A stretch of DNA of 64,000 nucleotides, taken from contig DAOUBH010000022.1 of the NCBI GenBank assembly GCA_034432775.1, positions 27,170 to 91,169 on the forward strand. Reading direction: 5' to 3'. The DNA comes from Chloroflexota bacterium (lineage in GTDB: Bacteria > Chloroflexota > Chloroflexia > DAOUBH01). The notes under the pieces are model-generated. The model did not search any database. It was not told the DNA's origin and saw only the letters and a list, made by a program, of their open reading frames with translations. Positions 45,742-55,771 of this stretch are shown here, piece after piece. Numbering within the stretch: position 1 is the stretch's first letter; the number at the start of each line of letters is the position of its first letter. The position numbers were made by a program, and so were the translations under genes.

Positions 45742-46887
45742 ATGGCTGAGATATCTGTAGTTTTCAACGCCCAGCTACTCCATGGAGGGGGAAGCTACAG
45801 AAACGCCGGCATAAGCCGATACATCCGCAACCTGCTGTCATGGCTACCCCGGGTAGATCCCCAGCTCTCCATCACGGCCTTCGTGAGCCCGGCATCCGAC
45901 CTGGATGGATCGAATGGCCTGCATCCAAGGGTCAGGCCCGTCGTCGCCTCCATGCCTACCAATCATCCGCTAATACGAATCCTCTGGGAGCAGTTGGTGC
46001 TGCCTGTCCGCCTGCGCCAGCTGCAACCCGATATCCTGCACTCCCCCTTAAATGTGCTGCCACTCATCGGCGACGTTCCATCGGTGGTCACCGTCCACGA
46101 CCTCGCCTTTGAGGTCTTCCCGGGGACCTATCCTGCCCTCAAGGGGCTCTACCTCAGGGCAAGCACCCGGTGGGGTACGAGGCGGGCTAACCGGATAGTG
46201 GCAGTATCCTATGCAACAGCTTCGGACCTTCGAACGTCCTACGGCATAGGGGAAGAGAAGATCGTTGTGGTACCTAACGGGGTCGAACCGCACTTCAGGC
46301 CTGTTCCCGCAGAGCAGCAGACAGCCTACAAGTTGGCTCGCCAGCTCGACCGCTATTTCCTCTACTTGGGGACATTGCAGCCCCGCAAGAACCTCACTAC
46401 ACTCCTGTACGCCTGGGCACATTGCAATGCACGGAGACACGGCTACACCCTGGTTCTGGCTGGGGCACCAGGCTGGAACTACCGCCAGATAAGGGAGACA
46501 ACGGAGCAGCTTCATATTGCTGAAAGTGTTAGGTTCCTTGGTTGGGTGCCTGATGCCGAAGTTCCAACACTCCTCAGTGCGGCCACAGCTTTCCTATACC
46601 CATCCCTCTATGAGGGTTTCGGCCTGCCAGTGATAGAGGCAATGGCTTGCGGCACACCAGCTGCAGTGAGCGACGCGCCAGCCCTCAAGGAAGTGGCCGC
46701 CAATGCTTGCCTGGTAGTGGAAGCAAAGAATGTGGCAGCCTGGGCCCAGACCATCGACCAGCTCGCTGAAGATTCCCAACTCCGGCGTACCCTCTCCCAA
46801 CGTGGGTTAGAGCTGGCCACCACCTATTCTTGGGAGAACACAGCTCGCCTCACCAGTCAAGTCTACCGACAAGTAGCTGGATCATAG
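45742..46887 (+). CDS. glycosyltransferase family 4 (GT-B)
   Basis: C-terminal EGFGLPVIEAMACGTPAAVSD motif; ATG 45742. Confidence 0.8.
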   Translation: MAEISVVFNAQLLHGGGSYRNAGISRYIRNLLSWLPRVDPQLSITAFVSPASDLDGSNGLHPRVRPVVASMPTNHPLIRILWEQLVLPVRLRQLQPDILHSPLNVLPLIGDVPSVVTVHDLAFEVFPGTYPALKGLYLRASTRWGTRRANRIVAVSYATASDLRTSYGIGEEKIVVVPNGVEPHFRPVPAEQQTAYKLARQLDRYFLYLGTLQPRKNLTTLLYAWAHCNARRHGYTLVLAGAPGWNYRQIRETTEQLHIAESVRFLGWVPDAEVPTLLSAATAFLYPSLYEGFGLPVIEAMACGTPAAVSDAPALKEVAANACLVVEAKNVAAWAQTIDQLAEDSQLRRTLSQRGLELATTYSWENTARLTSQVYRQVAGS

Positions 46888-46898
46888 GTCACGGAAAG

Positions 46899-47417
46899 GT
46901 GAGGTTAGTAACCAAGGAGCCACAGCAGACCAAGGTCGTCGGCCAACTGATAGGCTCAATGTTGGAGAAGGGCGATGTCATTCTGCTCTGCGGCCCCCTC
47001 GGATCGGGGAAAACGGTCCTTGTGAAGGGAATTGCCCGATCCCTGGGCATTGAAGAGGAAGGAGTAACCAGCCCCACCTTCACGTTAGTCAACGAATACA
47101 AAGGACGTATCCCCCTGTACCATCTGGATCTATATCGACTCGATAGCCAGCGGCAAGTGGTGGAGATAGGCATCACAGAATATCTGCACTCAGAGCTGGG
47201 AGTTACAGTAGTAGAATGGGCAGAGAAGGTCCCTATAGGGCTGATAGACGATGCTCTGGAAGTCGAAATGCATTATTTGGACGACCATGCTCGGGCCATA
47301 ACCCTGCGTTGCACGGGACCCCGGTCGTGCAAACTCCTTCATGACCTGCAGCCGGCGCTCAGAAGGTTTGCAGAGATGCAACCCAGCAACAACAAGTCAG
47401 GAGATTCCGAGCCTTGA
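46899..47417 (+). CDS. tsaE: tRNA t6A37 biosynthesis protein TsaE
   Basis: GDVILLCGPLGSGKT P-loop, SPTFTLVNEY; GTG 46899 after GGAAAG. Confidence 0.75.
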   Translation: MRLVTKEPQQTKVVGQLIGSMLEKGDVILLCGPLGSGKTVLVKGIARSLGIEEEGVTSPTFTLVNEYKGRIPLYHLDLYRLDSQRQVVEIGITEYLHSELGVTVVEWAEKVPIGLIDDALEVEMHYLDDHARAITLRCTGPRSCKLLHDLQPALRRFAEMQPSNNKSGDSEP

Positions 47418-48079
47418 TCTTGGCTATCGATGGATCAACAGAATGGTGCTGTCTCGCCCTCGCCCGAAAGGGCACGGTCCTCGCCGAAAAGGGTTGGATA
47501 ACACATCGCGGGCACACTGCAGATCTGTCCCAGGAGATCTTTCACACCCTGAAGCAGGTCGGCGCTGACTTACAGCAGCTGGAAGCTGTAACCGTGGCTA
47601 CGGGTCCAGGCTCCTTCAGTGGCCTGCGGTCGGCTCTGGCCGTAGCCAAGGGCATCGCCTTTGCCCTGTCTGTGCCCCTCGTGGGCGTGCCTACGCTGGA
47701 CGCTATGGCGGCCATCATGCACCCTAACGACAGGCCCGTATGGTGCATGATACGCTTGGGCAGGGGCAGGGCAGCGGCCGCGCGGTATAGTGTTGGCAGC
47801 CTGCCTCCCCGAAGGTTGGGGCCCTACATAGTTGTAAGTGCAGGTGATAGCAAAATAGACTTACAGCCTGGGGAGCACCTTTTGGGGGACTGGGACGTAC
47901 TATCGGAGGGTCTCGTGCCCACCGAGAGCACTCTGCCTGGGCCCTGGAAGTCTAGGCACTGCGCGATCCTGGCCTACCTAGGGGAAATCAAACTTCGTAG
48001 CCATGGACCCGACGATCTACATGCTCTGGAGCCCATCTACCTCAGCGGTTCTACAGCGCCGGGCAGTGCAGAGCTCTGA
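47414..48079 (+). CDS. tsaB: tRNA t6A37 biosynthesis protein TsaB
   Basis: ILAIDGST...VATGPGSFSGLRSALAVAKG; TTGA overlap with tsaE. Confidence 0.85.
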   Translation: MILAIDGSTEWCCLALARKGTVLAEKGWITHRGHTADLSQEIFHTLKQVGADLQQLEAVTVATGPGSFSGLRSALAVAKGIAFALSVPLVGVPTLDAMAAIMHPNDRPVWCMIRLGRGRAAAARYSVGSLPPRRLGPYIVVSAGDSKIDLQPGEHLLGDWDVLSEGLVPTESTLPGPWKSRHCAILAYLGEIKLRSHGPDDLHALEPIYLSGSTAPGSAEL

Positions 48080-48088
48080 GGCATACAA

Positions 48089-48757
48089 ATGATCTACACC
48101 ATCGAACCTATGACCATTGACGACATACCGGCAGTTATGGCGGTGGAAAGGGAATGCTTTCCCACGCCCTGGCCAGCTTCGGCTTACAAGCGAGAGCTGA
48201 GGGACACCAGTACTGCCCGGTACATCGTGGCAAGATACCACAGCACGGCCATTAAGGATCCTATAGAGCCAGCCCCGACCCGCTCCTTAATCCGCATCAG
48301 GATACCAATACTGGGCTGGCCACCGCCTCCGCCCGCTCCGCCCAAAGCACCTATTGTAGGTTTCGCCGGGCTCTGGTTGATGCTCGATGAAGCTCACATC
48401 ACCACTATCGGGGTGAAACCCACTCACCGAGGCCGAGGCGTAGGCGAATTACTGCTCTTGGGTCTCTTCGATGCTGCCCTGGCCATGAACGCCTCTCTGG
48501 TAACCCTGGAAGTCAGGGTTACAAACATCATCGCGCAGAGACTCTACGAGAAGTACGGTTTCGAAAGGGTCGGCCTTCGGAAGCACTATTACAGCGACAA
48601 CGGTGAGGACGCATATATCATGACTGTAACCGACATTCAGTCACCTTCCTACAAAGCCATGCTGCAGGGGTACAGAGCGCAGCTCTTGCAGCGACATCGC
48701 CAGCTGGAAGCAGCAGAAGAGAAATCTGTTGGGAACCATGCTGATTCTGGGAATTGA
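48089..48757 (+). CDS. rimI: ribosomal-protein-alanine N-acetyltransferase RimI-like GNAT
   Basis: GNAT core GVKPTHRGRGVGELLL; sits between tsaB and tsaD; contains Pro-rich insertion GWPPPPPAPPKAP. Confidence 0.7.
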   Translation: MIYTIEPMTIDDIPAVMAVERECFPTPWPASAYKRELRDTSTARYIVARYHSTAIKDPIEPAPTRSLIRIRIPILGWPPPPPAPPKAPIVGFAGLWLMLDEAHITTIGVKPTHRGRGVGELLLLGLFDAALAMNASLVTLEVRVTNIIAQRLYEKYGFERVGLRKHYYSDNGEDAYIMTVTDIQSPSYKAMLQGYRAQLLQRHRQLEAAEEKSVGNHADSGN

Positions 48758-49811
48758 GACCAGCTGCGACGAGACTTCCGCAGCAGTGGTAGAGGACGGA
48801 ACCTATGTACGTAGCAACATTATCTCCTCCCAGATCGAACTCCATCGTCTACATGGTGGGGTCGTGCCTGAGCTTGCATCGCGCCAGCACATTCGGCTCA
48901 TCCCATCAGTGGTGTCACAAGCGCTGGACACGGCAGGCATCTCCCTGGCAGACTTAGAAGCAGTGGCCGTCACCCACGGACCTGGCCTGGCGGGTGCGTT
49001 GCTCGTAGGCGTGAACTTCGCCAAAGCCCTCGCTCTATCCAGGCGCCTCCCGCTGCTAGGCGTGAACCACCTGGAAGGCCACATATATTCTACCTGGCTC
49101 AACTACCCCTACGACGCCCAATGGAGCCCGCCGGAACTGCCTTGCCTCATCCTCATTGTATCTGGCGGTCACACCCAGCTCGTACTTATGAACGACCACC
49201 TCACATTTCGAACCCTGGGCCGTACGCACGACGATGCTGCCGGCGAGGCCTTCGACAAGGTAGCGCGCCTCCTGGGCTTGGGGTATCCGGGCGGCCCAGC
49301 CATACAAAGGCTTGCCGAAGAAGGAGATCCCGACGCCTATCCCATGCCCCGGGCCAACCTTTCCAACCCCTACGACTTCAGCTTCAGCGGCCTGAAGACA
49401 GCGGTGCTTCGCCTCGTCCTTTCTCTGCAAGGCAAGGACCCCAGACAGCCCGACAAGCTGGCCCGCATTACATCTTCCCCGCCTGAGCTACCTAGAAAAA
49501 TCCTTGCCGACATTGCAGCATCCTTCCAAAAAGCAGTGGTCGATATGCTGGTAGCTCCGACCTTGCAGGCGGCGAGAGTCTTCGGTGTAAAGGAGATCCA
49601 CGTGGTGGGAGGCGTGGCAGCCAATAAACTGTTGAGAAGTCAAATGCTCCAGTTGGGACACGTAGTCCGCATGCCCCATCTACAACTCTGCACCGACAAC
49701 GGGGCCATGATTGCAGCAGCTGCCTATCGACTGTGGCTAACAGGTATCACTGCTGGTTTCGACATGGATTTAGAGCCAAATCTGCCACTGCGTACTACGC
49801 CTCGGGGGTGA
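48738..49811 (+). CDS. tsaD: tRNA N6-adenosine threonylcarbamoyltransferase TsaD
   Basis: LGIETSCDETSAAVV, HLEGH metal motif, VVGGVAAN. Confidence 0.9.
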   Translation: MLILGIETSCDETSAAVVEDGTYVRSNIISSQIELHRLHGGVVPELASRQHIRLIPSVVSQALDTAGISLADLEAVAVTHGPGLAGALLVGVNFAKALALSRRLPLLGVNHLEGHIYSTWLNYPYDAQWSPPELPCLILIVSGGHTQLVLMNDHLTFRTLGRTHDDAAGEAFDKVARLLGLGYPGGPAIQRLAEEGDPDAYPMPRANLSNPYDFSFSGLKTAVLRLVLSLQGKDPRQPDKLARITSSPPELPRKILADIAASFQKAVVDMLVAPTLQAARVFGVKEIHVVGGVAANKLLRSQMLQLGHVVRMPHLQLCTDNGAMIAAAAYRLWLTGITAGFDMDLEPNLPLRTTPRG

Positions 49812-50463
49812 GGATACCCTTCCGCAGAGCGAACTTCACCAGTTCAGCCCTGCTATGCAAGCCCAATTTCTCCATGATGTGCGATCTGTGGGCATCAACA
49901 GTTTTCGGACTGAGTACCAACTTTTCGGCAATCTCGCTGCTGGTGTAGCCTTCCGCCACGAGCCGCAGTACCTCACGTTCACGGTCAGTCAAGCTGTCCA
50001 GGGCATCGCGGGCCCCTTCGCGCTTCACCCGGTGAAGGTAGTCGCTCACCAACATGGTTACGACTTCGGGATAGAGGAACGTCCCTCCCTTTGCCACCGT
50101 CTCGATGGCATCGATCAACTCGGTGTCGGCGGCCTTCTTTAGGACGTACCCCGATCCACCGGCTTGCAGCACCTGGAAGAGGTACTCCTCGTTGGCATGC
50201 ATGGTAAGCACCAGGACCTTGCAAGAGGGGCATATCTTCCTGAGGGCTCTGATGGCCTCCAACCCGCTCATGCCCGGCATAGTTATATCCAACAACACCA
50301 CGTTGGGCTGAAGTTCCTTCACTTTCCCCAAAGCCTCTTCGCCAGTGCCGGCCTCCCCAACAACCTCCATATTGGGTTGCCGGTTCAGCAGGAGGCGCAG
50401 ACCCGCTCGAAGGATACTGTGGTCATCCACTATAAGGAGAGTTATCTTACCTTCACTTGCCAT
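49795..50463 (-). CDS. two-component response regulator, NarL/FixJ (LuxR-HTH) family
   Basis: REC domain LLIVDDH...VLLDITMPGMSG; C-terminal HTH LTDREREVLRLVAEGYTSSEIAEKL. Confidence 0.85.
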   Translation of the reverse strand: MASEGKITLLIVDDHSILRAGLRLLLNRQPNMEVVGEAGTGEEALGKVKELQPNVVLLDITMPGMSGLEAIRALRKICPSCKVLVLTMHANEEYLFQVLQAGGSGYVLKKAADTELIDAIETVAKGGTFLYPEVVTMLVSDYLHRVKREGARDALDSLTDREREVLRLVAEGYTSSEIAEKLVLSPKTVDAHRSHIMEKLGLHSRAELVKFALRKGILTPEA

Positions 50464-51514
50464 CGTGTATGGGAACTCTCAACTCGACGCGTGTCCCCCT
50501 GCCAGGCTCAGACTCGACCCTCAGCGTTCCACCCACCAGCGCCATACGTTCCTGCATGCCGAAGAGCCCTAGGCTCTTAAAGGCCTGGCCATCCGTAAGC
50601 GTCGATGGATCAAACCCTATCCCATCGTCCTCAACCAGTGCCCTTAGGGCCCCGTTGGTCCTTGTTAAGGTGACTTGAACCCTACTGGCTTTACTGTGCT
50701 TGGCCACATTGGTAAGGGCTTCCTGTATAACCCTGTATACGGCAGTTTCCACATGGGCAGGCAACCTATCAGTCCATCCTTCAACAGTGAGGCTGGAGGC
50801 AATCCCCAATTTCTTAGACCACTCTCCCAAATGCCATCTCAAGGCCGGTATGAGTCCCAGGTCGTCTAGGGTCTTGGGCCGCAACTCCAGGGCCATCCTA
50901 TGAACGCCCTCAAGGGCTTGATGGGTAAGCGAAAGCAGTTCCGACACATACCTGCGGACTTCATCAGGATTCGGCTGCTCTTCCAACACCTTTAGACCCA
51001 CGGCGATGGAGGTCAGAGCCTGGCCAGTGTCGTCGTGGAGCTCGCGGGCAATTCGCTCACGCTCCTCCTCCTGTGCCTTGATGATCCTTGCCGAAAGGGT
51101 CTGCAATTGCTCCGAGTATTGGGCTATGGAACGGGCCCGTTCAGCCAGCATATCGAGCATCTGGTTCATGGTGTGGGCCAATCGTTCCGTACCAGCATCG
51201 AAAAAGGGCGAATCGGGCACTCGAGCCTCGAAGTTGCCGGATCCGATCTCCCGGGCCGTTCGTTCCATGGCCACCAACGGTAGCAGGGCAGCTTTAAGGA
51301 GTAGAAAGTTGGTGATAATGCTGACAAAGGTTCCAGCTGTGGCCACCACCAGTGTGACCTCTAAAGGCGATTTGTCGGGGTGAATCGATACATAGGTAGC
51401 AGTCACCCAGGTGCCCACCACAGCACCGGCTATAACTATAACTGAGTTGGCTATAAGCACCTTGTAAGCTAGGGGGATTCGCGCAATGGTCCTAACGAAA
51501 CGGACCATGGCCAC
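50453..51514 (-). CDS. sensor histidine kinase (HisKA_3 type)
   Basis: N-terminal TM helices; H-box EEERERIARELHDDTGQAL; HATPase region VEDDGIGFD, GLFGMQER. Confidence 0.8.
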   Translation of the reverse strand: MAMVRFVRTIARIPLAYKVLIANSVIVIAGAVVGTWVTATYVSIHPDKSPLEVTLVVATAGTFVSIITNFLLLKAALLPLVAMERTAREIGSGNFEARVPDSPFFDAGTERLAHTMNQMLDMLAERARSIAQYSEQLQTLSARIIKAQEEERERIARELHDDTGQALTSIAVGLKVLEEQPNPDEVRRYVSELLSLTHQALEGVHRMALELRPKTLDDLGLIPALRWHLGEWSKKLGIASSLTVEGWTDRLPAHVETAVYRVIQEALTNVAKHSKASRVQVTLTRTNGALRALVEDDGIGFDPSTLTDGQAFKSLGLFGMQERMALVGGTLRVESEPGRGTRVELRVPIHDGK

Positions 51515-51533
51515 ATCCTGCCGATCCCCGGGC

Positions 51534-51836
51534 TCACAGGAGACCTGGGATCTTCATACCGCCTGCGATGGAGCTCAGTTTCTTCGCAGCCAACTCCCTC
51601 GACTTTGCCAGGGCATCGTTCACGGCAGTGAGAATCAGATCTTCCAGCATCCCTGGATCCTCAGGATCCATCGCTTCCGGATCAATTTTGATGGAGACTA
51701 TGCTTTGCTGGCCATTAGCCACGACCGTAACAGCCCCTCCTCCTGAAGTAGCCTCCACCCGCTCCGAAGCCAGTTCCTCTTGTGCCTTTAGCACCCTGGC
51801 CTGCATCTGCTGCAGCAGTTTAATGTTGGGCTGCAT
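51534..51836 (-). CDS. YbaB/EbfC-family nucleoid-associated protein
   Basis: 100 aa; MQQMQARVLKAQEEL...SGGGAVTVVANGQQSIVSIKIDPE. Confidence 0.85.
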   Translation of the reverse strand: MQPNIKLLQQMQARVLKAQEELASERVEATSGGGAVTVVANGQQSIVSIKIDPEAMDPEDPGMLEDLILTAVNDALAKSRELAAKKLSSIAGGMKIPGLL

Positions 51837-51999
51837 CCCCTATCCTCCATCGCTTCTAAGGAGATTCTACTACGAGAAGGCATGCCTGATCAGAGCACCA
51901 TTCTGGAAACCGACCGGGCATGTGGGCAGAAACCCTAAGAGGGCAACACTACCCTATGTACTTAGCCAGACCTGCGCCCAGCACATCTGGGACCTATGG

Positions 52000-53007
52000 T
52001 TAGACGATCACGTCCTCCTCACTGCGGGAGATCACGATCTCCTCCGCTTCATCCAGCCGCCGCACAACGTTCACAATGCGCTGCTGGGCTTCCTCCACCG
52101 ACTTAAGCCTCACGGGCCCCGAAAGAGCAATCTCCTCCTTCAACATTTCGGCCGCGCGGCTAGACATATTGCGGAAGACCTTTTCCTTGAGGTCCTCCCC
52201 AGCCGCCTTGAGAGCCAGGGCCAGGTCCTTGCTGTCCACCTCCCTGAGCACCCTCTGAAGGGACCTATCGTCCAGTTTCACCAGGTCGTCGAAAGTGAAA
52301 AGAAGTTTCCTGACCTGTTCTGCCAGATCTGGATCTCTTTCTTCCAGGCGCATGAGGATGGCCTTCTCCGTGGCCCGGTCCACCCGGCTCAGCAATTTGG
52401 CCACCTGCTCGATCCCGCCCACCGAAGAGTACTCATCTGCTATCAACAGCGACATCTTGTCCTGCAGAACCCGCTCTACCTCCCTCACAATATCGGGAGA
52501 AGTGCGATCCATGGTAGCCATCCGTGTCACAACGTCAGCTTGAAGGTCGTGATCGAGTGCCGCCAATATGGCACTAGCAGTGGTGGGCGGAAGATGGGCC
52601 AACACCAAGGCTATGGTCTGGGGATGCTCGTTTTGCAAGAAACTTACGACGCTCGAAGGATCGGTCTTCCTCACGAAATCGAAGGGCATCGGGCGCCTGA
52701 GGTTGGTTATGCGCCCAATGAGCTCTTCGGCCCTCTCCTTTCCCACAGCTTTTTCCAGAAGTTCGCGGGCATACCCGGCGCCCCCTACGGAAAGATACTG
52801 CTGGGTTACAGACATGTGGAAGAACTCTTCCAGTACCCTCTCCCGAATCTCGTCAGGCACCTTGTCCATGCGGAATATCTCCATGGTAAGGCGTTCGATG
52901 TCTGTGTCTCGAAAATGCTTGAGCACCTGGGCCGACGCCTCGGGCCCAAGGGCTATGAGCAGTGCTGCCGCCTTCTGAATGCCCCTTAGAGACGATTGGC
53001 TAGCCAT
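52000..53007 (-). CDS. fliG: flagellar motor switch protein FliG homolog
   Basis: 336 aa from ATG 53007 (GGAGG upstream); GIQKAAALLIALGPE, EHPQTIALVLAHLPP, C-terminal MSSRAAEMLKEEI. Confidence 0.75.
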   Translation of the reverse strand: MASQSSLRGIQKAAALLIALGPEASAQVLKHFRDTDIERLTMEIFRMDKVPDEIRERVLEEFFHMSVTQQYLSVGGAGYARELLEKAVGKERAEELIGRITNLRRPMPFDFVRKTDPSSVVSFLQNEHPQTIALVLAHLPPTTASAILAALDHDLQADVVTRMATMDRTSPDIVREVERVLQDKMSLLIADEYSSVGGIEQVAKLLSRVDRATEKAILMRLEERDPDLAEQVRKLLFTFDDLVKLDDRSLQRVLREVDSKDLALALKAAGEDLKEKVFRNMSSRAAEMLKEEIALSGPVRLKSVEEAQQRIVNVVRRLDEAEEIVISRSEEDVIV

Positions 53008-53312
53008 AGCTGGTGCCTCCGCCACATACCCATTCGCCGAAGTTGATTGCAGTTCAATCCCCATGGTACCAATCGACGCACAACGTCTAAAGCACCACAG
53101 GTACTTGTGGACCGGGTACCGAGGTACCCCATTCACCGCGAGTTGCCGGCCTTCCCCACCAAAACTCAGTAAAGCGAAAACCCACGCTCCGCCTAACTTG
53201 AGAAGGCTGCTATAATGGCCGCAAAGCCGGCGGGGCTTCAGAGCTGGTTTAAAGGGAGGATGGCTAGCTGAAAACGCGGGCCATTGTACCATTCGTGGGA
53301 GTCTTCGCCGTT

Positions 53313-53858
53313 ATGACTGGTCTAATCGTCTCCACTGTAATGCCTGCCATGGCCTTCGACCCTGCTGACCCTGCGATGGAGCGCGTCTGGCAGCGCTACG
53401 ACAAACCCATCGTGGATGGCGTCGCCTCCAACCGCTCTTGGATGTGGGGCCCCAACCCGAACACCGCCGGGATCTTCGACCCCTACGCAGAAAGCCCTGG
53501 CGGTCAAAGGCTCGTCCAGTACTATGGTAAGAGCCGCATGGAAATCAACAGGACCGACATAACAGACCCCAACCACCCGTGGTACGTCACCAACGGGTTG
53601 CTCAGCGTAGAACTGATCACAGGTCGTATTCAGAAAGGGAACGCCACCTTCGAAGACAGAGGCTGCGGTGCCGCTATACCCGTAGCCGGCGATCCAACCA
53701 ACACGTGGCCGACCTACCGGGGTCTTCAGGGGCGCATCAATACGACCGGCATGGGAGCTGCAGACCGAACTGGCCAGTATGTCACAGGAGTCCTGAACCC
53801 CGATGGGAGTACCTCGCCTTATCCCGGGGGCAACGACCCAGGGGCCCAGCTAGTCTAA
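53313..53858 (+). CDS. hypothetical secreted protein (possibly 5' part of a disrupted longer gene)
   Basis: Signal peptide MTGLIVSTVMPAMA-FDP; no known motif. Confidence 0.4.
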   Translation: MTGLIVSTVMPAMAFDPADPAMERVWQRYDKPIVDGVASNRSWMWGPNPNTAGIFDPYAESPGGQRLVQYYGKSRMEINRTDITDPNHPWYVTNGLLSVELITGRIQKGNATFEDRGCGAAIPVAGDPTNTWPTYRGLQGRINTTGMGAADRTGQYVTGVLNPDGSTSPYPGGNDPGAQLV

Positions 53859-53907
53859 CTACGACACAAACCTCGGTCACAATATCCCCAAGGCCTTCTG
53901 GGACTTC

Positions 53908-54765
53908 ATGCATGCAACGGGTACTATCTTCTCCAATGGAAGCTACCTAACGGCTTCACCCTGGTTCGACTGGGTATTCGTCATGGGTCCACCCATCGGC
54001 GAACCCTACTGGGCACTGGTGAAGGTAGGCGGCGTGGACAAATGGGTACTTTTCCAGCCCTTCGAACGTCGGGTACTCACTTACACTCCATCCAACCCCG
54101 ATCCCTGGAAGGTGGAGATTGGCAACATTGGGCAGCACTACTACCGCTGGCGCTATGAAGGAGTAGGTGCCACCTGCCCTGGTCCTAGCGCAACCCCCAC
54201 ATCTTCCCCAACGCCTACGGCAACACCGTCCCCGACAACTGTCTACGACTTCGTAGCTAGGGCTGACCACGCATCATGGTCTAGCGGCACCGGAAAGACG
54301 CAGCAGCACACCCTCCCCTTCCCAGGTTCAGACGTGGACAGCCGCGGCTTTGCCCTCTGGCGGACCCCAGCCACAATGGAGAATGGCTCTTCCGTATCCA
54401 GATGCCTCGAGACTCATCCCAAGTGGGTAGACAACGGTTTCATCCTGGGAACCTATACGGAGCTCTACTCGCCCATAGGTTAGACTGTCAACCCCAAGGA
54501 CCGCTTCCAGGCTAGGGCGGGCCTGCTGCAGGGAGCGGCCGCGGGCAACGTTCGCTTCAAAGTCATGATCCGTCCCGAAGGTGGACCAAACCAATGCGTC
54601 GTAGACATAATCGATGGCTACGGTGACGGGCTGAAGACTATGGACGTGGGCCTCGCCAGTTGGTCTGGCAAGAAGGCCGACTTCATCCTGGAGGTGGAAG
54701 CCAACGGGTCCTCGGGTCAGGACTGGGCATGCTGGACATCAGCTGCAATCGTCCGATACCCCTGA
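53908..54765 (+). pseudogene. hypothetical protein, coding frame continues through in-frame TAG at 54481-54483
   Basis: ORF 53908-54483 and 54484-54765 share one frame with coding-like codon use across the amber codon; Pro/Thr/Ser linker PSATPTSSPTPTATPSPTT. Confidence 0.35.
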
Positions 54766-54812
54766 TATCAAGGCAATAGCAATACGGCCTATCTCGTGCC
54801 CAACCTTCAAAG

Positions 54813-54831
54813 CCGTTGAATCCGACAACGG
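54813..54831 (+). terminator. candidate stem-loop (ccgttg-aatccga-caacgg) at convergent junction
   Basis: 6-bp perfect stem followed by GGATATTTGG. Confidence 0.25.
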
Positions 54832-54964
54832 GGATATTTGGACCCTGCTACTATTACCCCAATGACTCCAGGTCGGTCAAGACCCGTAGCGATCCGAAGG
54901 CAAGGCACATCAACCTATTCTGTCTCCAATACCTGGCACAAGGCTTCTGACAGAAGGACGTCGC

Positions 54965-55771
54965 TCAGCCAGATACCTTCCTGTAGAAGCAGGTCCTATA
55001 AGGCACCAGGCCCAATGCCCTCGGGGTTAGCAATATCTCTGTAGAACCCACAAAGAGGAAGCCCCCTGGTTTCAGTGAGGCCACGAAGCCTCTGTACACC
55101 CGGTCCTTCGCCTCAGGCGTAAAGTAGATCACGACGTTTCGACATACTATAAGATCGTAGGGCCCCCCATAAGGATCCCTCAAGAGATCGTGTTCCTTGA
55201 ACTTAACTTTGGTGCGCAAACGATCGCTAACCCAGTATGACCCCCGTCGCACCTCGAGATAATCGGAAAGGAACCTCTGAGGCACATTTCTTATGCATGT
55301 ATAGGAATACGGTCCCCCTGCCCGGGCGATCTGAAGGACCGAAGAGTCCACATCTGTAGCGAGGATGCTGTACCTAGCTTGCGGGTTGTGAGCATCGAGG
55401 AGCATGGCCAGGCTGTAAGGTTCCGCACCTACAGAACACCCTGCCGACCACACGCCTATGGAACCCGAACCTTCCAGCAGTACTGGAATGACCTCGTCTT
55501 CTAAGATTCGGTACTTCTCAGGGTCTCGGAAGAACTCACTTACGTTGATGGTGAGGAAATCCCGAAAGGCAGCACGCTGGCCGACATCCGACGCCAATTT
55601 CGAAGCTAGCTCATCGAGCGACCTCAAACCGTTTCTCGCAAGGTAGCCTTCCAACCTTCTCACCAGCTGGGACTCTCTGTAGCCCGACAGGTCTATCCCT
55701 AGGAGTGTGAGCACATCCCGCTGGAAACGCTTCAATTCTGTGCGTGCGACAGTTACCTGGCCACTGCCCAT
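54965..55771 (-). CDS. cheR: chemotaxis protein methyltransferase CheR
   Basis: SAM-binding VWSAGCSVGAEPYSLAM; 268 aa. Confidence 0.9.
   Translation of the reverse strand: MGSGQVTVARTELKRFQRDVLTLLGIDLSGYRESQLVRRLEGYLARNGLRSLDELASKLASDVGQRAAFRDFLTINVSEFFRDPEKYRILEDEVIPVLLEGSGSIGVWSAGCSVGAEPYSLAMLLDAHNPQARYSILATDVDSSVLQIARAGGPYSYTCIRNVPQRFLSDYLEVRRGSYWVSDRLRTKVKFKEHDLLRDPYGGPYDLIVCRNVVIYFTPEAKDRVYRGFVASLKPGGFLFVGSTEILLTPRALGLVPYRTCFYRKVSG

Noticed and set aside
51568-52989. 473-aa plus-strand ORF
   Set aside because: Lies entirely antisense to the well-supported fliG gene; low-complexity Ala/Ser/Leu-rich translation; typical shadow ORF in GC-rich DNA.
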